A DNA stretch of 13,507 nucleotides, from the IMG/VR virus record IMGVR_UViG_2534681663_000023, positions 1 through 13,507 of that record, one strand, 5' to 3'. Within the stretch, counting starts at the first letter, position 1, and each line of letters begins with the position of its first letter. This stretch comes from a virus. Its lineage: Duplodnaviria > Heunggongvirae > Uroviricota > Caudoviricetes. The notes beneath the pieces are model-generated. The model worked only from the letters and a program-made list of their open reading frames with translations, was not told where the DNA came from and did not search any database. This document shows positions 1 through 8,159 of this stretch, piece by piece. The position numbers and the translations under genes were made by a program.

Positions 1-213
1 TTAAATTGTGCGGACGGCTACTGAACCGCAGCCGGTATTGATGAGAGTGAAGCACTTGCCCTTTAGCTCAAAGATGTATGCGGTTGCGTCTTTCATGTCA
101 AGTAACAAAGACTTTGTTGGCAGTTCAGTGAGTATGGCTGCTGCCCCATCATCGTCAATTGAAATCGTATGTCCGACCTCAAGGGCGATCAAATTAGAAG
201 TTATTTTTTTCAT
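1..213 (-). CDS. Hypothetical small protein (70 aa), complete with stop at 1-3
   Basis: ORF track; ATG at 213-211 preceded on the minus strand by GGATGA about 8 nt upstream; stop TAA is the reverse complement of positions 1-3. No recognisable family. The overlapping plus-strand ORF 8-337 looks less protein-like. Confidence 0.35.
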   Translation of the reverse strand: MKKITSNLIALEVGHTISIDDDGAAAILTELPTKSLLLDMKDATAYIFELKGKCFTLINTGCGSVAVRTI

Positions 214-469
214 TTCATATCATCCAACTGAACACGTAAATACCTTGCAATACTACTACCTATTGTATCAATACGGAATACTTATGTATCAAATACAACT
301 TAGTTTTAAGTTCTTAAATGAGTTATTTTTTAGATAGTTGTCTATTAATGAAGCCTTTTGCGGTCAGTAAACCTATGTAAAAAAATAGATAAGTCTTTAC
401 AACACTAACCTTTGATGTAATATCAGTAAGCACTTACCAAATAAAATCAAAACACGCAGGTTGATAATT

Positions 470-859
470 ATGGCTACCAACGAAACAAAAGAAGCTAAAG
501 TAAGTCGCTACGCTGCTTACATTGACGCTTTAATCGCGATTTCTCCGAAAAGCCAGGCGACCATCGCGAAAGAAGCAGGCTATAAAAACCCTAACAATCT
601 TTCACTTATCAAGAGCGGCAAAATCCCGCTTCCGATCGACAAGGTCAGAGCGTTGGCTAAAGCATTGGATGCCGATTCGGTCCGATTGATGCTAATGGTG
701 CTGGAAGAGCGTCATCCAGAGCTGTTAGCGTTTTTTCGCGACGAAGGCACAGCCCCTCTGACTAAAGATGAAAAACTAGTTCTGGAAGCCTTCCGTCGAC
801 GTTTCGGTGACCAACGTGGTGCGTCGGAGCGGGTTGTTGAGGCAATCAAGTCGCTATGA
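470..859 (+). CDS. Putative HTH DNA-binding regulator (about 129 aa), convergent with the integrase
   Basis: ORF track 461-859 begins at TTG; the first ATG is at 470 with AGG about 9 nt upstream. The segment SQATIAKEAGYKNPNNLSLIKSGKIPLPIDKVRALAKAL reads like a helix-turn-helix of the XRE/phage regulator kind. Its 3' end overlaps the integrase 3' end by 6 bp. Confidence 0.5.
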   Translation: MATNETKEAKVSRYAAYIDALIAISPKSQATIAKEAGYKNPNNLSLIKSGKIPLPIDKVRALAKALDADSVRLMLMVLEERHPELLAFFRDEGTAPLTKDEKLVLEAFRRRFGDQRGASERVVEAIKSL

Positions 860-1957
860 GAAATTTACACGGATTAGCTCAGTAGCGAGTCGATCTCCCT
901 TGAACTTATGATCTATCTCCTCTAAATCCTGTTTCTCTACGATTGATGCGATGTACGCCGAAAAACTGTTTAAGGCGTCTCGCATCTCGTCTATATAATC
1001 GTGTCGATCGTATACTCGATCTATCCCCTCAAGACTGTGGTTCATAATTTTGCGGGATACCTCCTGACTTATGCCTAACGCGGGGAAGTAACTACGCGCA
1101 GTACGACGCAAATCTCGGGGAGTAAATGGCTCAAGCTCCATCAACTCTGGACGTTCTAAAATCCTTCTCAACGCCTGTGATATGGCCACCTTAGACATTG
1201 GCACATCCTCACCCTGTTTCTTGTTTGAAGGAACAAGCCACTGGCTGCCTTTTCCGTATTTGATCAGCTCCTCAACACATTTGCGCATTAGCGGGCTTAA
1301 TGGTAACGAGTGCTGGCGAGCCGATTTATTCCTCGTTCCTTGATTCCATAAATTATATTCGAGGTTGAATTCTGATCTTTTAGCTCGGAGCACTTCATCT
1401 GGTCGTCTGGCCGCTACAAGGCATAATCTGGCCGCCCACTTTGTACCCTCACATACGTTGAAGTAGTCCCATACATTCCAAAAGACCCAGACCTCTGCGT
1501 CGGTCAGTTTGCGCTCGCGCGGCGTGGGCTTCGCGCCACCGGCTACTCTGTTAAGCGACATATCGTTCAATGGGGATGTATCAATTAAGCCCTGAAATGC
1601 ACACCAACTGAGAAACTGCTTCATCAGCGAGAACACACGTCTGCCCTGGACGATCTTGCCCTCAAGTATTAATGGGTTCACCAGCTGGTTGACTAAAACC
1701 CTACTAATATCACTTACTTTTACTTCACAGATATGCGGCATTACATGTATCAAAATACAATGAACAGCTATTTCAGGTCGACGTCTCGTTATCAGCAAAG
1801 ATAAGCGAGTGAATAACATGAATGCGGAAGAAAACGACATATCACCGTCGAAATTGGTGGTCGACACTGCTGACAAACCGGAAGCGCGTTCGAGATACTC
1901 GATGGCTTCTCTAGAGGTGTTTTCTGCTGCGCGTGCTTTATCAAAAGTGTTTTTCAT
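854..1957 (-). CDS. int: Tyrosine-type site-specific integrase, P4-like family; true start uncertain
   Basis: C-terminal catalytic region matches the phage integrase pattern: ARRPDEVLRAKRSEFNL (box I Arg), KSARQHSLPLSP, RDLRRTARSY, NHSLEGIDRVYDRHDY (catalytic Tyr). The first ~75 residues of the ORF do not look like the usual P4-type arm-binding domain, so the real start may be internal (for example the Met of MPHICEVKV). Confidence 0.8.
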   Translation of the reverse strand: MKNTFDKARAAENTSREAIEYLERASGLSAVSTTNFDGDMSFSSAFMLFTRLSLLITRRRPEIAVHCILIHVMPHICEVKVSDISRVLVNQLVNPLILEGKIVQGRRVFSLMKQFLSWCAFQGLIDTSPLNDMSLNRVAGGAKPTPRERKLTDAEVWVFWNVWDYFNVCEGTKWAARLCLVAARRPDEVLRAKRSEFNLEYNLWNQGTRNKSARQHSLPLSPLMRKCVEELIKYGKGSQWLVPSNKKQGEDVPMSKVAISQALRRILERPELMELEPFTPRDLRRTARSYFPALGISQEVSRKIMNHSLEGIDRVYDRHDYIDEMRDALNSFSAYIASIVEKQDLEEIDHKFKGDRLATELIRVNFS

Positions 1958-2054
1958 AGTCCACTCACTGAGTGAAGCCTGTTTTTACTGTATTTATAAA
2001 CAGTATGTTAGGCCTAAGTTTTGTATGATCAACAGTAAAATAGACTGTTTTTGA

Positions 2055-2089
2055 AAATGATTCCATACCTTACAAGTATGGAATCATTT
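2055..2089. repeat. Perfect 14-bp inverted repeat AAATGATTCCATAC / GTATGGAATCATTT with 7-bp spacer, about 100 bp upstream of the integrase start
   Basis: Read directly from the sequence; both arms contain the recurring motif ATGATTCCATAC. Candidate operator or recombinase binding site. Confidence 0.7.
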
Positions 2090-2256
2090 ATATAGCTTAC
2101 GTAAATTCTGAATAAATTATGTAGACAAACCATCTTAAACGCTAAATAGTAAAAAGCGCCTAATAACGCCAACTTTGGAATGCCATCTGAGCCAGATTGA
2201 TGAGAATGATTTGTTAGAAGAAAAAGAATGATGAAGAAGATGACGATCGCTAAAGT

Positions 2257-2673
2257 TCAGCTAGAATGGAAACCTTCTGCGACTTCAGCGAAGTAGCTGA
2301 GCAACCTAGTATCTCTTGCTGGCATACGATCGTGAGCTGGAGTGACTAGCCCCATCAGCAAAAAACGCCCGCTATCCCACATGTGCTCGGTATAAACGAG
2401 ATAGTGGTTTGAGGTTCGGTTGTAGTTCTCTTGCCTTGCGTTCCAGGTAAGCTGGAAATGCAAATTGACGTGAATATGCTGGACATTAGCATCAACGGCG
2501 AACGGCGGGAAGTCAAATGGCGCATCTCGTCCAAGAAGATTAGATGGTGCGCCAGTTGATTTGTAAGTAATGAACTCGGATTTGAGCTGACTTTCTAGGT
2601 CAGGGTAAACGACAAAAGTGGGCTGAAAAAAATCATCCCACGTAACTTGACTGTATTCAGCCGTTAATGCCAT
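2257..2673 (-). CDS. YafO-like type II toxin (putative ribosome-dependent mRNA interferase), 138 aa
   Basis: Blocks recalled from E. coli YafO appear in the same order: ITYKSTG...LLGRDAPFDFP, HIHVNLH, HYLVY, ARD. The start ATG overlaps the stop of the upstream gene (ATGGCATTAA). Identification is from memory and needs a profile search. Confidence 0.5.
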   Translation of the reverse strand: MALTAEYSQVTWDDFFQPTFVVYPDLESQLKSEFITYKSTGAPSNLLGRDAPFDFPPFAVDANVQHIHVNLHFQLTWNARQENYNRTSNHYLVYTEHMWDSGRFLLMGLVTPAHDRMPARDTRLLSYFAEVAEGFHSS

Positions 2674-3212
2674 TTAGCCGCAGCCTTGTTGCCAGTCTCT
2701 AATAGATGGTTCATGGCTAAAAGGTTGACACCAGAGTCACGCACTACAGAAGTGCGTGTAATCTGATCAATCAGATTGAGATAGTTTTTGGTCGCAATAC
2801 TGACCATTTTAATAGCCTTAAAAAACGCAAACTCAACAGTGTTTTTTTCGTAAGACATGATGACGTCTTTTTCAGGTAACATCAAAACAAAAGATTCTGC
2901 GATACCGGCTACATGAATAGTTTGATTCTTAATTTCTTCCGCTACTTTGATAGCAGCAAAGAAGTCAGTGTCAGCATAATGAGCAAGTTCAGCGCGGCTT
3001 GAACGCAGTTCTTTAGCCAATTCATTGAGAGCAGCTGTAAGATCACTGATGTCGGTTTTGTTGACTCTAGCGCCCATCTCATAAACCCGTTCTACAATCG
3101 TAGGCTGACACGCAACCGCTTTGGGTTGCGGCTGGATACTGGCAAGAACCAGTGCCACTGCTGCCTGCAAATGCTGGATTTTAAATTTCACGATAGACTC
3201 CATAATCGTCAT
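2664..3212 (-). CDS. Hypothetical protein (182 aa), translationally coupled upstream partner of the YafO-like toxin; possible atypical antitoxin
   Basis: ORF track; 8-nt overlap with the toxin start; no recognisable domain by eye; much larger than YafN or Phd-type antitoxins. Confidence 0.45.
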   Translation of the reverse strand: MTIMESIVKFKIQHLQAAVALVLASIQPQPKAVACQPTIVERVYEMGARVNKTDISDLTAALNELAKELRSSRAELAHYADTDFFAAIKVAEEIKNQTIHVAGIAESFVLMLPEKDVIMSYEKNTVEFAFFKAIKMVSIATKNYLNLIDQITRTSVVRDSGVNLLAMNHLLETGNKAAAKWH

Positions 3213-3293
3213 TTCTCGACGAAGCGTAGCATTCTACTACTGAACTTAACTATAAGCTAAAAAAAGTTGGTTGCATATGCGACTTGATAGCAA

Positions 3294-3320
3294 AAAGGGG
3301 CCGAAGCCCCTTTGGATTTT
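3294..3320. terminator. Bidirectional rho-independent terminator hairpin (GGGGC-CGAA-GCCCC) flanked by A/T runs
   Basis: On the minus strand the stem is followed by TTTTTG, which would terminate the tRNA-Asn transcript before the toxin module; on the plus strand it is followed by TTTGGATTTTG. Confidence 0.5.
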
Positions 3321-3387
3321 GCGCTGAAAAAAGTGTTGCTACGATGCTTAGAAGCAATGGTTAAAAAACGTCTGCCGTGTCTATCAC

Positions 3388-3462
3388 AGCGCTGAACGGT
3401 CTGGCGACATTTGCGGAGTCTTTCGTTCGGACGGTGGTGGCGAATCCAAACCGTTCAGCGCT
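3388..3462. repeat. Perfect 13-bp inverted repeat AGCGCTGAACGGT / ACCGTTCAGCGCT enclosing 49 bp, immediately 3' of the tRNA
   Basis: Read directly from the sequence. Lies between the tRNA 3' end (3467) and the terminator; could be a processing or structural element, or a small repeat element. Confidence 0.6.
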
Positions 3463-3466
3463 ATGT

Positions 3467-3541
3467 TGGCGATGGTGGGTGGACTCGAACCACCGACCAG
3501 TTGATTAACAGTCAACCGCTCTACCACTGAGCTACACCATC
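3467..3541 (-). tRNA. tRNA-Asn (anticodon GTT), 75 nt with encoded CCA
   Basis: Manual fold of the minus strand: acceptor GATGGTG/CACCATC, D-arm GCTC-AGTGGTA-GAGC, anticodon stem GTTGA/TCAAC with loop CTGTTAA (U33, GTT, A37), variable TGGTC, T-arm GGTGG-TTCGAGT-CCACC, discriminator G, CCA. Confidence 0.85.
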
Positions 3542-3704
3542 ATTTTCGCGGCGGTACTAGCTTATGGACAACCAGGCAGCCAGAAACTTTCCCGTAACTT
3601 GCACTTTACGTTAGTGCCAGACGAGGTATGTGGCTCGCTCATATGAGCGAAGATCTCGAATCTTTCTCGGTGGTTGATTGCCGTTAGATTCTTCGATCTT
3701 ATTG

Positions 3705-3719
3705 GATGTATGGAATCAT
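3705..3719. repeat. 15-bp direct repeat GATGTATGGAATCAT, copy 1 of 2 (second copy at 4725-4739)
   Basis: Exact 15-bp identity read from the sequence. Its reverse complement ATGATTCCATACATC carries the recurring motif. Copy 1 sits within the local palindrome ATGTATG-GAAT-CATACAT. Confidence 0.7.
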
Positions 3720-3790
3720 ACATGTTGTGAAGCCAGGGGCAATAAAGGCAACAATGTTTTCACTAGAGGGTTAATTAATCCTGCTTTCAC

Positions 3791-3900
3791 AACGTTGAGA
3801 TCACTGAACCGATTAATGTTCAACCCAACATATTGATCAGTCGCTACAGCTATGTGGAATCGCCTGTATGATTTTAAGAAAAATCAGTGATCTCAACGTT
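3791..3900. repeat. Perfect 17-bp inverted repeat AACGTTGAGATCACTGA / TCAGTGATCTCAACGTT separated by 76 bp, in an ORF-free region
   Basis: Read directly from the sequence; arms at 3791-3807 and 3884-3900. Candidate structured RNA or miniature inverted-repeat element. Confidence 0.65.
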
Positions 3901-4266
3901 ATGTGCTGACTAACCAAGTCAGCCGGGTTACGTCGCCGCTTTTAACCCAAGTATAAACGACATAAGTAATGGAAATGACGTAACAGAATGGACGGTCAGC
4001 TGAAACCGGGATGGGGGAATGGAATGATGAAACCAACCGCCCATTCTGTTACTTCATTGAATGGGGCATGGATGGTGCAATATGCCCTATTCTGCGTTCT
4101 GCAATCACACTCGCTCAGTGTGTCCCATTTTGGTGACGAGGCTGGAAACTGACCTCGCTGGTGTTTGGCTTCTTAGGCTACTGCCAGGTATGCATCTTCG
4201 TTTGCAGTTATATTTAACGTTCAAACAGTCGCATCTCAACGAAAACAAAGTGATCTTATACATATT

Positions 4267-4290
4267 AGATAAGTAAGTAAATACTTATCT
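4267..4290. terminator. Possible weak hairpin (AGATAAGTA / TACTTATCT, 6-nt loop) at the end of the small-ORF operon
   Basis: 9-bp AT-rich stem overlapping the stop of the 101-aa ORF; no strong U-run, so terminator function is uncertain. Confidence 0.25.
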
Positions 4291-4590
4291 ATCTGTGATG
4301 CGTTTAGTTGCTATCTTTTTGATCAGGCTCCCCTTTTGTTCCGAAGTTCTCATGATGATGGCGGTAAAACGCTTCGCTTGAATAGTGATAGTTTCGTTTT
4401 CCTTGAGTTCGCCGTAATGCGTCTCTAACAGGGACCCCAGACGCCACAGACCGTCGTCTATGCGTTTATGGCTGGCGAATCTGATCAGCAGTAGCTTTAC
4501 GATTAACTGACCAATGTAAAAGGCAAATCCGAAGCCGGCCGCCACAAGGTAGGTTGCCAGCCACCAGTCGAAGGAAGTCAAATTGCTCAT
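4285..4590 (-). CDS. Hypothetical small membrane protein (101 aa), last gene of the coupled small-ORF chain
   Basis: ORF track; N-terminal hydrophobic stretch WWLATYLVAAGFGFAFYIGQLIVKLLLI; its ATG overlaps the stop of the upstream 50-aa ORF (AAATGAGC). Confidence 0.45.
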   Translation of the reverse strand: MSNLTSFDWWLATYLVAAGFGFAFYIGQLIVKLLLIRFASHKRIDDGLWRLGSLLETHYGELKENETITIQAKRFTAIIMRTSEQKGSLIKKIATKRITDR

Positions 4591-4739
4591 TTTCGCACTC
4601 CCGTCTCGTGAACAACCCGATACACACGCTTACCGACACGAAGTGTTTTGGTTTGCAGTTCCTGCTGGACCAGGGCGCGGCAGATTGCGAGGCCGAGGCC
4701 CACGCCACCAGTAAAAGATAAAATGATGTATGGAATCAT
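4587..4739 (-). CDS. Small ORF (50 aa, below track cut-off): MIPYIILSFTGGVGLGLAICRALVQQELQTKTLRVGKRVYRVVHETGVRK; small membrane protein or relic of a sensor-kinase 3' end
   Basis: Translated by hand. Start ATG overlaps the stop of the 70-aa ORF (TGATG); stop overlaps the start of the 101-aa ORF. The GC-rich segment encodes GVGLGLAICRALV, reminiscent of the histidine-kinase G2 box. The start codon lies inside repeat copy 2. Confidence 0.35.
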   Translation of the reverse strand: MIPYIILSFTGGVGLGLAICRALVQQELQTKTLRVGKRVYRVVHETGVRK

Positions 4740-4951
4740 CAGTGCGCCCCCGCCTCAGTCAATTGCTGCAACAACAAATAACCTTTTTCAGTCAGTTGAT
4801 AGTTCTCAATACATCCCTTTGGAGAAACGTTGGCGACAAGATTCATGCGCTCCAGTTTGGCTCTGGTCTTCGGCTTCCAGTTGGCGTAGAACTCCTTCCA
4901 CTTGCTGATTTCACGCAGGGTTTCCTTCTCTCGTTTACTTAACATGCTCAT
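4739..4951 (-). CDS. Hypothetical small soluble protein (70 aa), possibly winged-helix-like
   Basis: ORF track; overlaps the 3' end of the 59-aa ORF and is coupled to the 50-aa ORF. Charged, helical-looking sequence (LSKREKETLREI ... LTEKGYLLLQQL). Confidence 0.45.
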   Translation of the reverse strand: MSMLSKREKETLREISKWKEFYANWKPKTRAKLERMNLVANVSPKGCIENYQLTEKGYLLLQQLTEAGAH

Positions 4952-5114
4952 CCTTAATCTCCTTCAGTGTGTCCGTGATATCTACTATGCGATAAATACG
5001 ACCTCGCCTTTGCATGACACCGGCTTTTACGTAATCGTGGATACAGCTGGACATAACCAGACTTCCGATAACAATGCCGACGACTAAAAATACAAACATC
5101 CAGCCGAGCATCAT
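4935..5114 (-). CDS. Small ORF (59 aa, below track cut-off): MMLGWMFVFLVVGIVIGSLVMSSCIHDYVKAGVMQRRGRIYRIVDITDTLKEIKDEHVK; predicted single-pass membrane peptide
   Basis: Translated by hand. Its ATG (5114-5112) overlaps the TGA (5113-5111) that ends the reconstructed native ligase frame (ATGA overlap). Confidence 0.4.
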   Translation of the reverse strand: MMLGWMFVFLVVGIVIGSLVMSSCIHDYVKAGVMQRRGRIYRIVDITDTLKEIKDEHVK

Positions 5115-5156
5115 TCTTTATCTCCAATACGATCTTCGGTATCTCGAAGACATTTA
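5111..5156 (-). other. Displaced native 3' end of the ligase gene (encodes ...CLRDTEDRLGDKE-stop), separated from the gene body by the transposon
   Basis: Joining the sequence right of the right-hand ATTTA to the sequence left of the left-hand ATTTA keeps the ligase frame open for 13 more codons and ends at TGA 5113-5111. Confidence 0.55.
5152..5156. repeat. Target-site duplication ATTTA, left copy (right copy at 10797-10801)
   Basis: Identical 5-bp sequence immediately outside each terminal inverted repeat; 5-bp duplications are typical of Tn3-family transposition. Confidence 0.8.
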
Positions 5157-5194
5157 GGGGAGCCCGCAGAATTCGGAAAAAATCGTACGCTAAG
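5157..5194 (+). repeat. Transposon terminal inverted repeat, tnpA-proximal (38 bp); contains the tnpA stop codon
   Basis: GGGG...ACGCTAAG architecture typical of Tn3-family ends; tnpA stop at 5190-5192 lies within it. Confidence 0.85.
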
Positions 5195-8156
5195 GTTTTC
5201 CGGGCATCCGTAAGGGCCGAAACTTCCCGTCTTCCAGTCTGCGGCTCTGCCGCCAGACGTAATCGCCGGTTAGGTTGATGTGCTCCCAGCCCAGCGGCGA
5301 CAGGAATTGCAGCAGCTCGCCGTCCACCGGCTTGCCGGCCTCGACCAACCCCTGGGTGGCGCGTTCCAGGTACACCGTGTTCCACAGCACGATAGCCGCC
5401 GTCACCAGGTTGAGGCCGCTGGCCCGGTAGCGCTGCTGCTCGAAGCTCCGATCCCTGATTTCCCCAAGGCGGTTGAAGAACACCGCCCTGGCCAGCGAGT
5501 TGCGCGCCTCACCTTTGTTCAGGCCGGCATGCACGCGGCGGCGCAGTTCAACACTTTGCAGCCAGTCCAGGATGAACAGCGTGCGCTCGATCCGGCCCAG
5601 CTCGCGCAGGGCCACGGCCAGTCCGTTCTGGCGCGGGTAGCTGCCGAGCTTGCGCAGCATCAGCGAGGCGGTGACGGTGCCCTGCTTGATCGAGCTGGCC
5701 AGGCGCAGGATGTCGTCCCAGTGGGCACGCACGTGCTTGATGTTCAGGGTGCCGCCGATCAGCGGGCGCAACGTCGGGTAGGCTTGCACGCCCTGCGGCA
5801 CGTACAGCTTGGTTTCGCCGAGGTCGCGGATGCGCGGCGCGAAGCGGAAGCCTAGCAGGTGCATCAGGGCAAAGACGTGATCGGTGAAGCCGGCCGTGTC
5901 GGTGTAGTGCTCCTCGATCCGCAGGTCGGACTCGTGGTACAGCAGGCCGTCGAGCACATAGGTGGAATCGCGGACGCCGACATTCACCACGCGGGTGCTG
6001 AACGGCGCGTACTGGTCGGAGATATGGGTATAGAACAGCCGTCCCGGCTCGCTACCGTACTTCGGGTTGACGTGCCCGGTGCTCTCGCCCCGGCCACCCG
6101 CGCGGAAGCGCTGGCCATCGGAGGATGAGGTCGTGCCGTCGCCCCAGTGGGCGGCAAAGGCGTGGCGATACTGGTGGTTGACCAGCTCGGCCAAGGCCGC
6201 CGAATAGGTTTCGTCGCGGATGTGCCAGGCTTGCAGCCAGGACAGCTTGGCGTAGGTCAGGCCGGGGCTCGACTCGGCCATCTTGGTCAGCCCGAGGTTG
6301 ATCGCATCACCGAGGATTGCGGACAGCAGCAACGTCCTGTCTTTGGCCTCGGCCCCGTCCTTCAAGTGGGTGAAGTGGCGGCTGAAGCCCGTCCAGTCGT
6401 CCACGTCCATCAGCAGTTCGGTGATCTTGATGCGCGGCAGTAACTGGCTGGTTTGGTCGATCAGCGCCTGCGCCCGATCCGGCACCGCCGCATCCAGCGG
6501 GGGGATTTTCAGCCCTGACTCGGTGAGGATGGCATCGGGCAGCTCGTTGTCCTTGGCCAGGCGGGTGACGGTGGCCAACTGCTCGTCCAGCAGCTGCAAA
6601 CGCTCTTCCAGGTACTGGTCGCTGTTCGGGTTGATCGCCAGGGGCAGGGCCTGCTCGCGCTTGAGTGCGGCGAACTTCTCGGCCGGCAGCAGGTAGTCGT
6701 CGAAGTCGCGGAACTGCCGCGAGCCCTTGACCCAGATGTCGCCGGAGCGCAGGGCGTTCTTCAGCTCGGACAGGGCGCAGATTTCGTAGAATTTCCGGTC
6801 GAGGCCTTCCGGGGTGATCACCAGCGGCTTCCAGCGCGGCTTGATGAAGGCCGTGGGTGCATCGGCCGGCACCTTGCGCAGGTTGTCGGCGTTCATCTCA
6901 CGCAGGGTCTGCACGGCTGCCAGCACGCCTTGCGCGGCCGGCGCGGCGCGCAGTTCCAGCACCTCCAGCAAGGCCGGCGTGTAACGGCGCAGGGTGGCGA
7001 AGTTCTCGCCGACCAGGTGCAGGTGGTCGAAGCCTTCCGGCCGGGCCAGCAGCTCGGCCTCGCTGACGCTCTCGGTGAACTCGTCCCAGGGAATCACCGC
7101 CTCGATGGCGGCATAGGGGTCGCTGCCGCTTTCCTTCGCTTCCAGCAGCGCCTGGCCGATCCTGGAGTACAGGCGCACCTTGTCGTTGATCGCCTTGCCC
7201 TGCTTCTGGAACTGCTGCTGATGCTTGTGCTTCGCGCCGCTGAACAGCTTGACCAGGATGCGGTCATGCAGATCGACCAGCTCATCGATCACGGTCGCGG
7301 TGCTCTCCAGCACCACGGCGGCCAGGGTCGCGTAGCGGCGCTGCGGCTCGAACTTACCGAGGGCTTTGGGCGTCATCTGCCCACCCTCGCGGGCCAGCTT
7401 GAGCAGGCGGTTCTGGTGGATGTGCCGGCCCAGGCCTTCGGGCAAGTCCACCAACTGAAATGTCTTCAGCCGCTCGATGTGTTCCAGCATGTGCCGAGAG
7501 TTGGGTTTCAGCGGTGCCTGGCGCAGCCAGGTCAACCAGGTGATGCTGCTGCCGGCCTTGAGCTTCAACAGCTCGTCCAGCTTGGCCCGATGCGAGTCCG
7601 TGAGTGGTTCGACCAGGGCGCGGTAGACCCGCCGATTGGCTCGCGCAATGGCTTCCGAGCAGGCCCGGTCAATCACGCTCAGCGCCGGCAGGATGCGTCG
7701 TTTCTGCCGTAGGCTCTCCAGGGCCTGACCGGCCAGCAGCAAGCCTTTGTCGGTCTGCTGGGCCAGCTCGGTTAGCTCGCGCACCAGGGCGCGGAAGTCG
7801 GACAGGCCGAACGGGGCCAGTTGCAGGTAGGTGCGCAGTTCCTGGGCATGCTCGCGACGGGTCACGTCGCGCTCGCCGTACTTTGCCCAGCTCGCCGGCT
7901 CGGCCTGGACTTGCTTCGCCACCCACAGGATGACCGGCTCGGGCAGCTCGCTGTCGGTTCCCAGCGCGTAACCGGGGTAGCGCAGCAGGCAGAGCTGCAC
8001 GGCGAAGCCGAGGCGGTTGGCGTCGCCGCGTCGCTGGCGGATCAGCGACAGGTCGGAGTCGTTGAAGGTGTAGTAGCGGATCAGGTCATCCTGGCTTTCC
8101 GGCAGCGCAAGCAGGGTGTCCCGCTCCGTGGCCGAGAGGATCAAGCGACGCGGCAT
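5190..8156 (-). CDS. tnpA: Tn3-family transposase TnpA (988 aa)
   Basis: Length and sequence ([44 protein letters not shown]...) match Tn21/Tn501-type TnpA as recalled; very GC-rich relative to its surroundings; terminates inside the terminal repeat. Confidence 0.95.
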   Translation of the reverse strand: MPRRLILSATERDTLLALPESQDDLIRYYTFNDSDLSLIRQRRGDANRLGFAVQLCLLRYPGYALGTDSELPEPVILWVAKQVQAEPASWAKYGERDVTRREHAQELRTYLQLAPFGLSDFRALVRELTELAQQTDKGLLLAGQALESLRQKRRILPALSVIDRACSEAIARANRRVYRALVEPLTDSHRAKLDELLKLKAGSSITWLTWLRQAPLKPNSRHMLEHIERLKTFQLVDLPEGLGRHIHQNRLLKLAREGGQMTPKALGKFEPQRRYATLAAVVLESTATVIDELVDLHDRILVKLFSGAKHKHQQQFQKQGKAINDKVRLYSRIGQALLEAKESGSDPYAAIEAVIPWDEFTESVSEAELLARPEGFDHLHLVGENFATLRRYTPALLEVLELRAAPAAQGVLAAVQTLREMNADNLRKVPADAPTAFIKPRWKPLVITPEGLDRKFYEICALSELKNALRSGDIWVKGSRQFRDFDDYLLPAEKFAALKREQALPLAINPNSDQYLEERLQLLDEQLATVTRLAKDNELPDAILTESGLKIPPLDAAVPDRAQALIDQTSQLLPRIKITELLMDVDDWTGFSRHFTHLKDGAEAKDRTLLLSAILGDAINLGLTKMAESSPGLTYAKLSWLQAWHIRDETYSAALAELVNHQYRHAFAAHWGDGTTSSSDGQRFRAGGRGESTGHVNPKYGSEPGRLFYTHISDQYAPFSTRVVNVGVRDSTYVLDGLLYHESDLRIEEHYTDTAGFTDHVFALMHLLGFRFAPRIRDLGETKLYVPQGVQAYPTLRPLIGGTLNIKHVRAHWDDILRLASSIKQGTVTASLMLRKLGSYPRQNGLAVALRELGRIERTLFILDWLQSVELRRRVHAGLNKGEARNSLARAVFFNRLGEIRDRSFEQQRYRASGLNLVTAAIVLWNTVYLERATQGLVEAGKPVDGELLQFLSPLGWEHINLTGDYVWRQSRRLEDGKFRPLRMPGKP

Positions 8157-8159
8157 GTG

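Noticed and set aside
8-337. Plus-strand ORF of 109 aa overlapping the 70-aa minus-strand gene
   Set aside because: Translation ends in an AT-rich low-complexity tail (LLYQYGILMYQIQLSFKFL) and runs into intergenic sequence; the minus-strand ORF has a plausible RBS. Neither is certain.
1809-2054. Plus-strand 81-aa ORF overlapping the integrase 5' end
   Set aside because: Antisense to the integrase and ends in AT-rich promoter sequence; no protein-like features.
3542-3600. Possible tRNA promoter upstream of tRNA-Asn (GC-rich CCGCCGCG discriminator-like stretch)
   Set aside because: No convincing -35/-10 pair at correct spacing could be identified by eye, so it is not annotated.
4061-4276. Plus-strand 71-aa ORF in the region between the tRNA and the small-ORF operon
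   Set aside because: No RBS, odd composition, and it sits in a region better explained as non-coding with repeats.
4466-4942. ORFs 4466-4708 (-), 4648-4908 (+), 4730-4942 (+), 4902-5087 (+) overlapping the small-ORF chain
   Set aside because: Alternative-frame or antisense overlaps of the coupled ORF chain, which has consistent start/stop overlaps on the minus strand; the hypothetical case of an embedded spanin-like gene cannot be excluded but is unsupported.
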